From contig DGSM01000009.1 in NCBI GenBank assembly GCA_002393975.1, positions 1-49,970 of the forward strand: a stretch of 49,970 nucleotides of DNA, written 5' to 3'. The notes beneath the pieces were generated by a model. The model saw only the letters and a list, made by a program, of their open reading frames with translations, searched no databases and was not told the DNA's origin. Origin of the DNA: Clostridiales bacterium UBA4362. Lineage in GTDB: Bacteria; Bacillota; Clostridia; TANB77; CAG-508. The number at the start of each line of letters is the position of its first letter. The first letter of the stretch is position 1. Of the stretch, positions 16,596 to 26,161 are shown in pieces. The position numbers and the translations under genes are program-made.

Positions 16596-17603
16596 CTATT
16601 TATTATCAAAGTCATTTTCAAATTTTAAACTTCTTGTCATTAATCTATTTGCTGCATCAGCTGCACTCAAGCCATTAAATAATGTATCGTATGCAGCATT
16701 TACAATTGGCATATCAACATTATATTTTTCAGCAAGCTTTTTAGCAATTTCAATATTGTCTATACTTTCAATTGTTTGACCAATTTCTTTTTTAGCTTCT
16801 TCAATACTATAGCCTTTACCAATTAATCTTCCAGCTCTTCTATTTCTACTTTCATCACTAGAGCATGTAAGAATTAGATCTCCAAGTCCTGATAGTCCAT
16901 AAAAAGTATCTCTATCAGCACCCATTTTTACTCCAAGTCTTGCAAGTTCTGCTAAGCCTCTAGTAATAAGTGCAGAAGAAGCATTTGTGCCATAATTTAA
17001 TTCTGCACACACACCAGCACAAAAAGCAACAATATTTTTTAATCCACCAGCAAATTCAACACCGGTAATATCTTTAGACTTATATAATCTAAGATTTTTA
17101 TTTACTATTAATTGTGGTACTTCTTCTAATATTTTTTCATCTTCAGATGCGAAAATAATAGCTGTTGGAATATGATTTGCTACCTCAACTGCAAAACTTG
17201 GGCCAGACATTGCCGCAAGTCTAATATCAGGTTTCTCCTCTATAAATACTTTATCTAAAGTAGATAGAGTTTTCATTTCAAAACCTTTTGAACAAATTAT
17301 AACTGGTGTATCACCAACATAGTCTTTATATTGTTTAAATACATCTCTAGTAAACTTAGAAGGTGTAACATGAAATACAAGTTTACTTCCTTCTACTACT
17401 TCTTTTATATCATTAGAAGCTTTTATATTATTACTAAGATGGATATTTGGCAAAAAGCGTGTAATATGCTCATTATTTATTTCATTTTTTTCTTCTTCAG
17501 AAAAAGACCAAACATTAACATCATGGCCATTATCAGCAAGTACAGTGGAAATTGCCATTCCCCAACTGCCACTACCAATAACTGCAACTTTTATATTTTC
17601 CAT
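16596..17603 (-). CDS. gpsA: NAD(P)H-dependent glycerol-3-phosphate dehydrogenase
   Basis: VAVIGSGSWG dinucleotide fold, SKGFE, GLKNIVAF, LTCSSDESRNRRAG. Confidence 0.93.
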   Translation of the reverse strand: MENIKVAVIGSGSWGMAISTVLADNGHDVNVWSFSEEEKNEINNEHITRFLPNIHLSNNIKASNDIKEVVEGSKLVFHVTPSKFTRDVFKQYKDYVGDTPVIICSKGFEMKTLSTLDKVFIEEKPDIRLAAMSGPSFAVEVANHIPTAIIFASEDEKILEEVPQLIVNKNLRLYKSKDITGVEFAGGLKNIVAFCAGVCAELNYGTNASSALITRGLAELARLGVKMGADRDTFYGLSGLGDLILTCSSDESRNRRAGRLIGKGYSIEEAKKEIGQTIESIDNIEIAKKLAEKYNVDMPIVNAAYDTLFNGLSAADAANRLMTRSLKFENDFDNK

Positions 17604-17633
17604 AATAACTCCTTTAAGTTTTTTTCTATTTTA

Positions 17634-17670
17634 CCACAAAAAAAGCTTATGGCAAACCATAAACTTTTTT
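17634..17670 (-). terminator. Hairpin with U-tract between plsY and gpsA (terminator or attenuator; T-runs on both strands)
   Basis: Minus strand AAGUUUAUGG-UUUG-CCAUAAGCUU followed by UUUUUUGUGG. Confidence 0.5.
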
Positions 17671-17733
17671 ATTTCTAATTTATTAATATATTATTAAAAA
17701 ATTCCTTATATAATCAATCTTTACATTTAATGA

Positions 17734-18384
17734 TTATTTTTTATCTTTCTTATTGAAGTTTAATTTATTTTCTGTACCATTTCTTAATCTTACAATATTT
17801 GTTCTATGATTAAATATTACAAGTAAAGCAAGTATAATTGAGAAAATAATATAACTTAAATGACTATCACTTGATACTATAAAGCTCCAAGGAACAAATA
17901 AGCATAATACTGGGAATAAAACAGCAGCAAGTATTGATCCTAAAGAAACTATTCTAGTAAGTATCATTATAATTAAAGCAAATACTAAGCAAATTAATCC
18001 TAGTCTCCAATTGATAGTAAGTAATACTCCAAGTGAAGTTGCAACTCCCTTTCCCCCTTTAAATTTGAAGAATACTGGAAAAGTATGTCCTATTACAACT
18101 AAAAGTCCTGCTATTTCACATAGTATTGCTGCTATGTTGTTATCTGCTTTAATAATCTTGCCAACTAAAAATGCGATTAGAATTGCTACTACTCCTTTAA
18201 GTACATCACATATTAAAGTACAAAGTGCAGCTTTCTTACCAGCAACTCTTAAAACATTAGTTGAACCGGCATTTCCGCTTCCTTTTGTTCTTACATCAAC
18301 TCCAGCAAACTTTTTTGAAAAAATAACTGAGAATGATATGCTACCTAATAGATATGCAATTAAACCAACAATAATATAACTCAT
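17734..18384 (-). CDS. plsY: Glycerol-3-phosphate acyltransferase PlsY
   Basis: GSGNAGSTNVLR and FKGGKGVAT motifs, multi-TM. Confidence 0.92.
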   Translation of the reverse strand: MSYIIVGLIAYLLGSISFSVIFSKKFAGVDVRTKGSGNAGSTNVLRVAGKKAALCTLICDVLKGVVAILIAFLVGKIIKADNNIAAILCEIAGLLVVIGHTFPVFFKFKGGKGVATSLGVLLTINWRLGLICLVFALIIMILTRIVSLGSILAAVLFPVLCLFVPWSFIVSSDSHLSYIIFSIILALLVIFNHRTNIVRLRNGTENKLNFNKKDKK

Positions 18385-18386
18385 TT

Positions 18387-19718
18387 TTAATTCTCCTCGT
18401 TTTTATCACTTTTTTCTCTAGTTAACATTCTTATCGGTGTCCCAACAAATCCAAATGTATCTCTTAATTTATTAACAATATATCTTTCATAAGAGAAATG
18501 GAATAACTTTTTACTATTTACAAATATAGCAAAGGTTGGTGGTTTAACAGCCACTTGTGTCATATAATAAATCTTTAATCTTTTTCCTTTATCTGTTGGT
18601 GGTTGAACCATAGCTATTGCTTCTGCTAAAAGTTCATTTAAAACAGATGTCTTGATTCTTAAACTATTGTTCTCTGCCACTTTATTAATTAAAGAGTAAA
18701 GATTGTTGACCCTCTTACCTGTCTTCGCTGATATAAATATGATTGGGGCATATGATAAATAACTAAGTCTATTATAAACATCTTTAGTATAATTATCAAG
18801 AGTGCCATTTTCTTTATCATATTCATCCCATTTATTAATAACAATAATAACTGCTTTTCCAGATTCATGAGCAAGACCTGCAATTTTAGCGTCTTGGTCA
18901 GTTACACCTTCTAAACAATCTATTAAAAGTAAACATACATCACTTCTTTCAATTGCAAGTTCTGTTCTTAATACTGAGTATTTTTCAATATCTTCATCCA
19001 CTTTACTATGTCTTCGAAGACCCGCTGTATCTATAAATGTATATTTTCCAAATTCATTTTCAAAATATGAATCAATACTGTCTCTAGTAGTACCAGCAAC
19101 ATCTGAAACTATTAATCTATTTTCACCTAAAATTTTATTAATCAATGAAGATTTTCCTACATTAGGCTTTCCAATTAAACAAACTTTAATTGTATCGTCT
19201 TCTTCATCAATATTTACTTCAGGAATTAAATCATATACTTTATCTAGTACATCTCCAATACCTTTTGAATGAGATGATGATATAGGAAGCGGCTCGCCAA
19301 ATCCTAAATTGTAAAATTCATAAACATCATTTTCATATCTTTTAAAATCATCTACTTTATTTACTACTAATAAAACTGGCTTTTTAGATTTTTTAAGTAT
19401 TAAACTTATATCTTGGTCTTGGCTGGTAACTCCGCTTGTAACATCTGTCATAAATACAATGCAATCAGCAAGATCAATAGCAATCTCAGCCTGTAATTTT
19501 ATTTGTTCAGTTATTGCATCTTTAGAGCCAACTTCAATTCCTCCTGTATCAATAACAGTAAATGCTTTATCTTTCCACGTTGTCTCTCCATATACTCTAT
19601 CACGTGTAACACCTGGAGTGTCTTCTACTATTGATTTTCTTTCGCCAATTAGATAGTTAAAAAATGTAGATTTTCCAACATTAGGTTTTCCTATGATAGC
19701 TACTACTGGTTTTGCCAT
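18387..19718 (-). CDS. der: Ribosome biogenesis GTPase Der (EngA)
   Basis: Two tandem G domains (GKPNVGKSTFFN...DTGG...NKVD and GKPNVGKSSLIN...DTAG...NKWD) plus a KH-like C-terminus. Confidence 0.95.
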   Translation of the reverse strand: MAKPVVAIIGKPNVGKSTFFNYLIGERKSIVEDTPGVTRDRVYGETTWKDKAFTVIDTGGIEVGSKDAITEQIKLQAEIAIDLADCIVFMTDVTSGVTSQDQDISLILKKSKKPVLLVVNKVDDFKRYENDVYEFYNLGFGEPLPISSSHSKGIGDVLDKVYDLIPEVNIDEEDDTIKVCLIGKPNVGKSSLINKILGENRLIVSDVAGTTRDSIDSYFENEFGKYTFIDTAGLRRHSKVDEDIEKYSVLRTELAIERSDVCLLLIDCLEGVTDQDAKIAGLAHESGKAVIIVINKWDEYDKENGTLDNYTKDVYNRLSYLSYAPIIFISAKTGKRVNNLYSLINKVAENNSLRIKTSVLNELLAEAIAMVQPPTDKGKRLKIYYMTQVAVKPPTFAIFVNSKKLFHFSYERYIVNKLRDTFGFVGTPIRMLTREKSDKNEEN

Positions 19719-19775
19719 ATTTTAACACTCCTTTCTAAATTGTTTTTTATAAGATAAGTACTATTATACCACATT

Positions 19776-21644
19776 TTACTTAGATTTCAAAGCTTTTTCT
19801 TCATGAATCATATTATCATAATCTAAATTCTTTTTTCTTTCAAAATGTATATATATGATTAATGCTATTAAGCCAATAAATGAAATAATATATCCAACTT
19901 TTTCAACTCTAGTTCCAACATATTTAACTTCTAATTTGCCACCTTTATCTATGGTTGTACTTAAAAAGCCATTATTAGATTCAAATGTTTCTAAAGCTTC
20001 TCCATCTAGTGTAACTTTATATCCAGGATAATATAAATAAGGAAGCTCTAATTTTGTTCTTTCATTTATTTCAGATATATCTACACTATAATATAGTCCA
20101 TCTTTGTATTCATTTTCTATATTAAAGTCAAATTCTACTTCTTCTAAATTCTCTTCTCCATTAAATTGGTTATAGTTTGTATTTACATTAGTATTTAAAT
20201 CATAATCTAGTAAAACAACACCTTCTGGCCTATAAAGCATATATCTCATATTATTACTTGCTTTAAGCGGTAAATATTCTTTATTAACATTATTAAAATT
20301 AAGTATTGATCCTTTTGTATTTGCTTCGTACATTTTATCTCTAGTTAAATCATAATTTTGAAAGTATTTAAATGTTCTAGCAGTGCCTAATACCATAACT
20401 ATTCCAATTATTAATACACTTATAAAATATGTTAAATGTCTAATGTCTTTGACAACTAAATAACTATTAACTCCACAAATAAAGCTATCAAATATTAAGA
20501 AAAATCCAAGCATTCTCCAACTAAATTGAATTACTCCAAATACTCCAGGAAGTATTTTCCATGGAAAAGCTGGTGTACACATAAATAAACTAAATAATGA
20601 AAATATAAGAAAACTTATATAAATCTTTTTATATTTACTATCAACTTCTTTGAATACAAATAATGATAGAACTGTTAAAAGAACTGGAGCTATTCCAAGC
20701 GATAATACAATTATAGGTTCATGGTTCTCATCAAATGATTTAAATTCATTTTTAAATAGTTCATCTATCCCAATTGTTGTGGATTTTACGCTACTTATTG
20801 AAGTTCCCATTTTAGTTTCATCATAAATTGCATAATCAGTAAATCCTTTATATTCTAGTAGTGGAACTAAGTAGAAGGCACTTAAAAGTAATATTATTAC
20901 TAAATCTATTACAAGCTTTAATATATTCTTTTTATTAAATGTTCTTTTTGGATGAATAAGTAAAAATACTACAGCAAATATTGCAGCATAAAATGAGGTT
21001 ATAGTATGTGATAATATAAGTCCTACAGCACCAAGTATTATTAAGTAATTTTTGTTTTTTTCACCATATAGTAATTCGTAAATTCCATTAAACAATATTG
21101 GCGTAAATATAAAAGCTGTATACTCTCCTACTGCATTTCTAGAAAAAATGTCTGTTAGTTTATATGGAGCTAAAGTATATACAATAGCTGCTATAGTAGA
21201 AGCATAACGATTTTTAGTAATCTTTAAAGTAAAGAAATACATTGACATACTACTTAGTAGTGATGCAACAATTGTAAATAGTTTAAGTCCTAAAATATCA
21301 TTTCCACCAGTTAATATAGAAAACATTATTGGGAAAAATGTCGTTAGTGGCCCATAGAATACATTTAAAGCATAACCAAATCCAGACATATTGTCAGGGC
21401 TAATTAATACAGGAAACATTCCTTTAAATAGAATCTTATGTATTGATATAACTCTTACTATATGAATTCTAAATTCATTAAAAGATGAAATATTTTCGCT
21501 TAGAAGCGGAACAGCAATTATTAATGTCGCAAGTATTATAAAAAATATAGGAAATCCTCTTCTAAATCTATCATTAATATCAATTATAGGATCTTCTTTT
21601 ATTTCATCTTCTGTCTCTGTAATTATTTCATTATTAGTTTTCAT
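19776..21644 (-). CDS. Polytopic membrane protein with a large C-terminal extracytoplasmic domain (GT-C/YfhO-like glycosyltransferase fold suspected)
   Basis: More than 10 predicted TM helices over ~430 aa, then a soluble ~170-aa domain and a terminal TM anchor. The family assignment is a guess from architecture only. Confidence 0.75.
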   Translation of the reverse strand: MKTNNEIITETEDEIKEDPIIDINDRFRRGFPIFFIILATLIIAVPLLSENISSFNEFRIHIVRVISIHKILFKGMFPVLISPDNMSGFGYALNVFYGPLTTFFPIMFSILTGGNDILGLKLFTIVASLLSSMSMYFFTLKITKNRYASTIAAIVYTLAPYKLTDIFSRNAVGEYTAFIFTPILFNGIYELLYGEKNKNYLIILGAVGLILSHTITSFYAAIFAVVFLLIHPKRTFNKKNILKLVIDLVIILLLSAFYLVPLLEYKGFTDYAIYDETKMGTSISSVKSTTIGIDELFKNEFKSFDENHEPIIVLSLGIAPVLLTVLSLFVFKEVDSKYKKIYISFLIFSLFSLFMCTPAFPWKILPGVFGVIQFSWRMLGFFLIFDSFICGVNSYLVVKDIRHLTYFISVLIIGIVMVLGTARTFKYFQNYDLTRDKMYEANTKGSILNFNNVNKEYLPLKASNNMRYMLYRPEGVVLLDYDLNTNVNTNYNQFNGEENLEEVEFDFNIENEYKDGLYYSVDISEINERTKLELPYLYYPGYKVTLDGEALETFESNNGFLSTTIDKGGKLEVKYVGTRVEKVGYIISFIGLIALIIYIHFERKKNLDYDNMIHEEKALKSK

Positions 21645-21805
21645 AAATACAATTCCTAACTATAAAAATTATACTTTTCATTCTTATTTTATTTTATATT
21701 AAATATATTTGCAACCATATTAATTTATGTTTCATAATCGTTATAATTATTGTCTTTTCTAGGCTTTTAGGGTATAATTTACTTATATTAAAGAGGAAAT
21801 AAAAA

Positions 21806-24040
21806 ATGTATAAAAAATATTTAGAAAAACTAGAATACAATATTATAAAAGAACAATTAATTAATCTTTGCAAAACTTTTAATGGTAAAGAAAAAGCATC
21901 GCAACTAGAACCTTATACAGAACCAGAAATTGTGCAAAATAAATTAGATGAAACAAATACTATTTTAGATTTAGTAAATTCATTTGGTAATTTGCCTATT
22001 TCTAATTTCGAAGATATATCTCCGATATTTAAGAGATTAGAGAGTAATATGTCCTTAAGTATTAGCTCATTACTTCAAATGAAAGATTTGTTAACTACTA
22101 GTAGAGAATTATTAGAATTCTTTAATAATGCGTTTGAAGAAAGAAGTGATGCATTTGAAAATGTTCAATGCTACTTTTCAGAATTATATATAAATGAGAA
22201 TATTGAAAAGAAGATTAATGATGCCATAATTAGTGAAAATGAAATAAGTGATAGTGCCTCTCCCACTCTTAATAAAATTAGAAAAGAGAAGAAAAATTTA
22301 GAGATTGATATTCGCAATCGTTTAAATGACATTATTCACTCAAATACTTATAGTAAATATATTCAAGATAAAGTAGTAACTATTCGTAACAATCGTTTTG
22401 TTATTCCTGTTATGAATGAATATAGAAGCATGATAAAAGGATTTATCCATAATATATCAAGTTCTGGTCAGACAGTTTATATAGAGCCTATATCAGTTTT
22501 TGAAACAAATAACAAAATAAATGAATTAGAGATTAATGAAACTAAAGAAATTGAAAGGATTTTAGATGAGTTATCTAACTTGCTTTATCCTATTAGTGAT
22601 AATTTAAAGAATAATATAGAATTAATCTCACAAATAGATTTTTTAAATAGTAAAGCAATTCTCTCTAAAGAATTAAATGCAACTAAACCTATTTTAGGTG
22701 ATTATATTTATCTAAAAAAAGCAAGACATCCTATGTTGGATAAATCATTAGTAGTACCAATTAATCTTTATATAGGTAAAGTTGATGAAGAAAAATCAAA
22801 TTTCACAACTTTAGTAATCACAGGTCCAAATACTGGTGGTAAGACTGTTACTTTAAAAACAGTTGGCTTACTCGCTTTAATGGCCCAAAGTGGATTAAAT
22901 ATAACAGCTGATGAAGGAAGCACTATTAAAGTATTTGATAATGTTTTTGCTGATATTGGAGATGACCAAAGTATAGTTGAATCTCTTTCTACTTTCTCTA
23001 GTCATATTACCAATATTGCTCATATTATTAATAACTTTACACAAGATAGTCTTATATTAGTAGACGAGCTTGGAAGCGGAACAGACCCTTTGGAGGGAGC
23101 TAATTTAGCTATTAGTTTACTTCAAAAATTTCATGATGAAGGAGCTTTTACTATTGCTACTACCCACTATCATGAAATGAAAGATTTTTGTTATGTAACA
23201 GATGGCTATTCTAATTGTTGTTTAGAATTTGATTTAAAGACAATGAAGCCAACATATAAATTATTAATGGGAATTCCCGGAAAAAGCAATGCATTTGAAA
23301 TTTCTGAAAAATTAGGTATACCGGAAGATGTAATTAATAAAGCAAAATCTTTAATGGATAAGCCTGCTGTTGATACTGAAACTTTATTTAAAGAGATATA
23401 TGAAGATAGACTAACTATTGAAAAAGAAAAAGTTCAAATTAATAAAAATCTTAATCAAGTTACTCTTCTTAGAAAACAATTAGAAAATGAAAATAATTCT
23501 CGTTTAAAAAATGAAGAAGAAAAAATTGAAAAGGCTAAACAAGAGGCTAAGCAGATAATTATTGATGCAAAGGATGAAGCGGATAGTATTATAAGAGAAT
23601 TAAAAAAATTAGACTCTAGAGCAAATCAAAAAGATATAGAAAATCTTAGATCAAAATTTAATAAAAGAATTAATTCTTTAGACACAAATAAATTAGATTT
23701 TAGCAACTTATCTAAACTGAACGACAAATATATCAGTCAATATAATAAAAAGGCAAATAGAGGCAATATTTCATTAAATAACAATAAAGCAATGACCACT
23801 TCTACTGAAATAAATATTATTGGTGAAACAGTTGCAGATGGAATTGAAGCATTAGATAAATATTTAGATAATTGTAAAATGGCTAACCTTAAAACTGTAC
23901 GTGTAGTACATGGAAAAGGAACAGGAAAATTAAGACAAGGCGTACATGATTATTTAAAAACTTCAAAATACGTTAAAAGCTTCCGTATAGCAAGTATTGG
24001 CGAAGGCGATTATGGTGTAACTATCGTAGAGTTAAAATAA
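21806..24040 (+). CDS. mutS2: Endonuclease MutS2 (MutS domain V ATPase plus C-terminal Smr)
   Basis: ITGPNTGGKTV Walker A, LVDELGSGTDP, C-terminal Smr VRVVHGKGTGKLRQGV. TTGTCT-17-TATAAT promoter upstream. Confidence 0.93.
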   Translation: MYKKYLEKLEYNIIKEQLINLCKTFNGKEKASQLEPYTEPEIVQNKLDETNTILDLVNSFGNLPISNFEDISPIFKRLESNMSLSISSLLQMKDLLTTSRELLEFFNNAFEERSDAFENVQCYFSELYINENIEKKINDAIISENEISDSASPTLNKIRKEKKNLEIDIRNRLNDIIHSNTYSKYIQDKVVTIRNNRFVIPVMNEYRSMIKGFIHNISSSGQTVYIEPISVFETNNKINELEINETKEIERILDELSNLLYPISDNLKNNIELISQIDFLNSKAILSKELNATKPILGDYIYLKKARHPMLDKSLVVPINLYIGKVDEEKSNFTTLVITGPNTGGKTVTLKTVGLLALMAQSGLNITADEGSTIKVFDNVFADIGDDQSIVESLSTFSSHITNIAHIINNFTQDSLILVDELGSGTDPLEGANLAISLLQKFHDEGAFTIATTHYHEMKDFCYVTDGYSNCCLEFDLKTMKPTYKLLMGIPGKSNAFEISEKLGIPEDVINKAKSLMDKPAVDTETLFKEIYEDRLTIEKEKVQINKNLNQVTLLRKQLENENNSRLKNEEEKIEKAKQEAKQIIIDAKDEADSIIRELKKLDSRANQKDIENLRSKFNKRINSLDTNKLDFSNLSKLNDKYISQYNKKANRGNISLNNNKAMTTSTEINIIGETVADGIEALDKYLDNCKMANLKTVRVVHGKGTGKLRQGVHDYLKTSKYVKSFRIASIGEGDYGVTIVELK

Positions 24041-24050
24041 ATAAAAAATA

Positions 24051-24081
24051 AGGAGAGCATTTAAAGCTCTCCTCTATTTTT
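24051..24081 (+). terminator. Bidirectional intrinsic terminator between convergent mutS2 and the YhgE/Pip-like gene
   Basis: AGGAGAGC-atttaaa-GCTCTCCT followed by a T-rich run, and preceded by an A-run for the opposite strand. Confidence 0.6.
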
Positions 24082-24089
24082 ATTTATTA

Positions 24090-26159
24090 TTATTTTGTAG
24101 TAGTTATTTGATTGTTCAAAAGAGTATTTTCTTCATTAATTGTTGAAACACTATCTTCATTATTAATTACAGTAGATTTCTTTTCATTTTCTTCGTTTTT
24201 GGTTAAGCTATCTACTATAATTATAAACTTTACAGATCCTTTGTTTCCATCTTGAAGACCACTAAATGTTTTATATTCTTCTGCTAAATCTTCTAGTGCC
24301 TCAATTCGTGCATCTAAATCTTTTAAATCTCCATTTATATAATTATATAGTTTATTTATTCCTTTTTCATCAAAAGTTTTGATTCCATTACTTAGGGTAT
24401 TTGAACCTTCTGCAAGAGAATTTGATCCTTCATCTAATTGGACTAAACCTGATTCAAGTTCATCTAGCCCTGATGATAGAGAATTCATATTATCAGCAAC
24501 TTCCTTTAGTACTCCAGCTTTCACTTTTCTAGAAATTGAAATAGCAACTGTTTGAGCTGTTGAATCTGCAGTATTAGAAGCAATTAATTTAGCATTATTT
24601 ACAGCTTGCTCTTTTATTATCTCATATTGTGCATCAATTCCTGAATCAGCTGCAAATTTAAGTTTTTTAATATCATTTTCTGTAAGAGATGCCTTTTCTT
24701 CGGCTTTAGATTTAATCGCATTAACATAAGATTCATTTTTGAATTTATTTTCAATAGACTGTTTGCATGAATTAACAACAGCTTCTTCATCTTGTTTTTG
24801 TTTAGCATAAAGATTTACTGTATTAGCTTCAATAATATCATTTAAGCTTGGAATTAATCCTAAAACTTGTTCGTTTGATAAGTCTTTTAGTTCTGCATTT
24901 TGAGCTTTGGCTTGCTCTATAACTGAATTTGTAACTTGCTCTTTTATAGAATTATATATTTCTTTATTAACATTAGAAATAATACTTCTAGCAGTTTCTT
25001 CAGAAGCAGTTAAAGCTGCTTCTTTTGCGGTTGCTACAGCTGTTTTTCCTGCAGTTTGTTTAGCAACTTCTTTTGCAGTAGAAATTGCAGTTTGTTCTGC
25101 TACAAGCTTCATATTAGAAATCATTTTATCTGTTATAGTATCACTTTGATTCTCTATTTCTGCTACAGCTTGTTTAGCTGCACTTTGACCAATTAAATAT
25201 ATTTGTTCAGAAGTTAATGTATCACTGTCATCATTTAATAATTTATTTGTTGATTTTTTGACAGAATTATTAATTAGTTTTACCCCTTCTAATGCTGAGT
25301 CAGTTCCTTGTTTCAATTGAGTAGCACCTTCAGCTAACGCACTACTTCCTTCTTTTAATTTGTTGCTAGCATCTTTTAATTGATTAGCAGCAGAATATAT
25401 TTCATCTAAGCTATCAAAGATATCTAAATCTTCTTTTTCTAAAATTTTAGGAGTAGCATAGCTTATGATACTATTCATTTCAAAATCATTGGAATCCATC
25501 ATAAGCTCAATTTTGCTAGGAATAGATATATCACTTGAACTAATACCTAAACTTTCTTGTAATCCCGGCATTGCAATTCCTATTACAATTGAAGAATTTC
25601 CGTTATCTATTACTTTACCATTCGATATTTCTATATTTGTATTATTTTCATTGTTTATAATACTTCCTGCAACTACAACAAATGGAGTATACATCTTAAC
25701 GTATTTGCCATTTACTAATTTAGTATGAGCATCAAGATTTTCATAATCTAAAATTACCTTTACTTTTCCATTTCTTCCAACTATCTCTTGTGGCTCTACT
25801 TCTTGCCCATCTAATTCGTATTTTATATTTAATTTAATTGGTAAATCTTGATTACTTGAACCTTTGTATGTGATGTTATTTCCGTTTGTCTTCCAAGTAA
25901 TTGTGTTACCATTTCTTGAATATTCTTCATCTCCACTTAGATTTTCAATATTTAGTAAATTAGAAATATCATCAATTAAATCATCTCTGCTATTATTACT
26001 TATCTTAGAAGTAACTAATGTAGAATATAATTCGTTATTGGTATTTATTTTTGAATATACCGTTTCATCCTTAGTATATGCCATGACAGGTATAGAATAC
26101 ATTAATATACTAAGTAAAATTATAGTACTAATTGTTTTTATAATAGCTTTTCTTCTCAT
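24090..26159 (-). CDS. Secreted or N-terminally anchored coiled-coil protein with YhgE/Pip-like repeats
   Basis: N-terminal signal/anchor (IIKTISTIILLSILMYSIPVMA). Repeated segments of the type LKDASNKLKEGSSALAEGATQLKQGTDSALEGV and LSSGLDELESGLVQLDEGSNSLAEGSNTLSNGI. The start is 2 nt after the MMPL stop. Confidence 0.7.
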   Translation of the reverse strand: MRRKAIIKTISTIILLSILMYSIPVMAYTKDETVYSKINTNNELYSTLVTSKISNNSRDDLIDDISNLLNIENLSGDEEYSRNGNTITWKTNGNNITYKGSSNQDLPIKLNIKYELDGQEVEPQEIVGRNGKVKVILDYENLDAHTKLVNGKYVKMYTPFVVVAGSIINNENNTNIEISNGKVIDNGNSSIVIGIAMPGLQESLGISSSDISIPSKIELMMDSNDFEMNSIISYATPKILEKEDLDIFDSLDEIYSAANQLKDASNKLKEGSSALAEGATQLKQGTDSALEGVKLINNSVKKSTNKLLNDDSDTLTSEQIYLIGQSAAKQAVAEIENQSDTITDKMISNMKLVAEQTAISTAKEVAKQTAGKTAVATAKEAALTASEETARSIISNVNKEIYNSIKEQVTNSVIEQAKAQNAELKDLSNEQVLGLIPSLNDIIEANTVNLYAKQKQDEEAVVNSCKQSIENKFKNESYVNAIKSKAEEKASLTENDIKKLKFAADSGIDAQYEIIKEQAVNNAKLIASNTADSTAQTVAISISRKVKAGVLKEVADNMNSLSSGLDELESGLVQLDEGSNSLAEGSNTLSNGIKTFDEKGINKLYNYINGDLKDLDARIEALEDLAEEYKTFSGLQDGNKGSVKFIIIVDSLTKNEENEKKSTVINNEDSVSTINEENTLLNNQITTTK

Positions 26160-26161
26160 AT

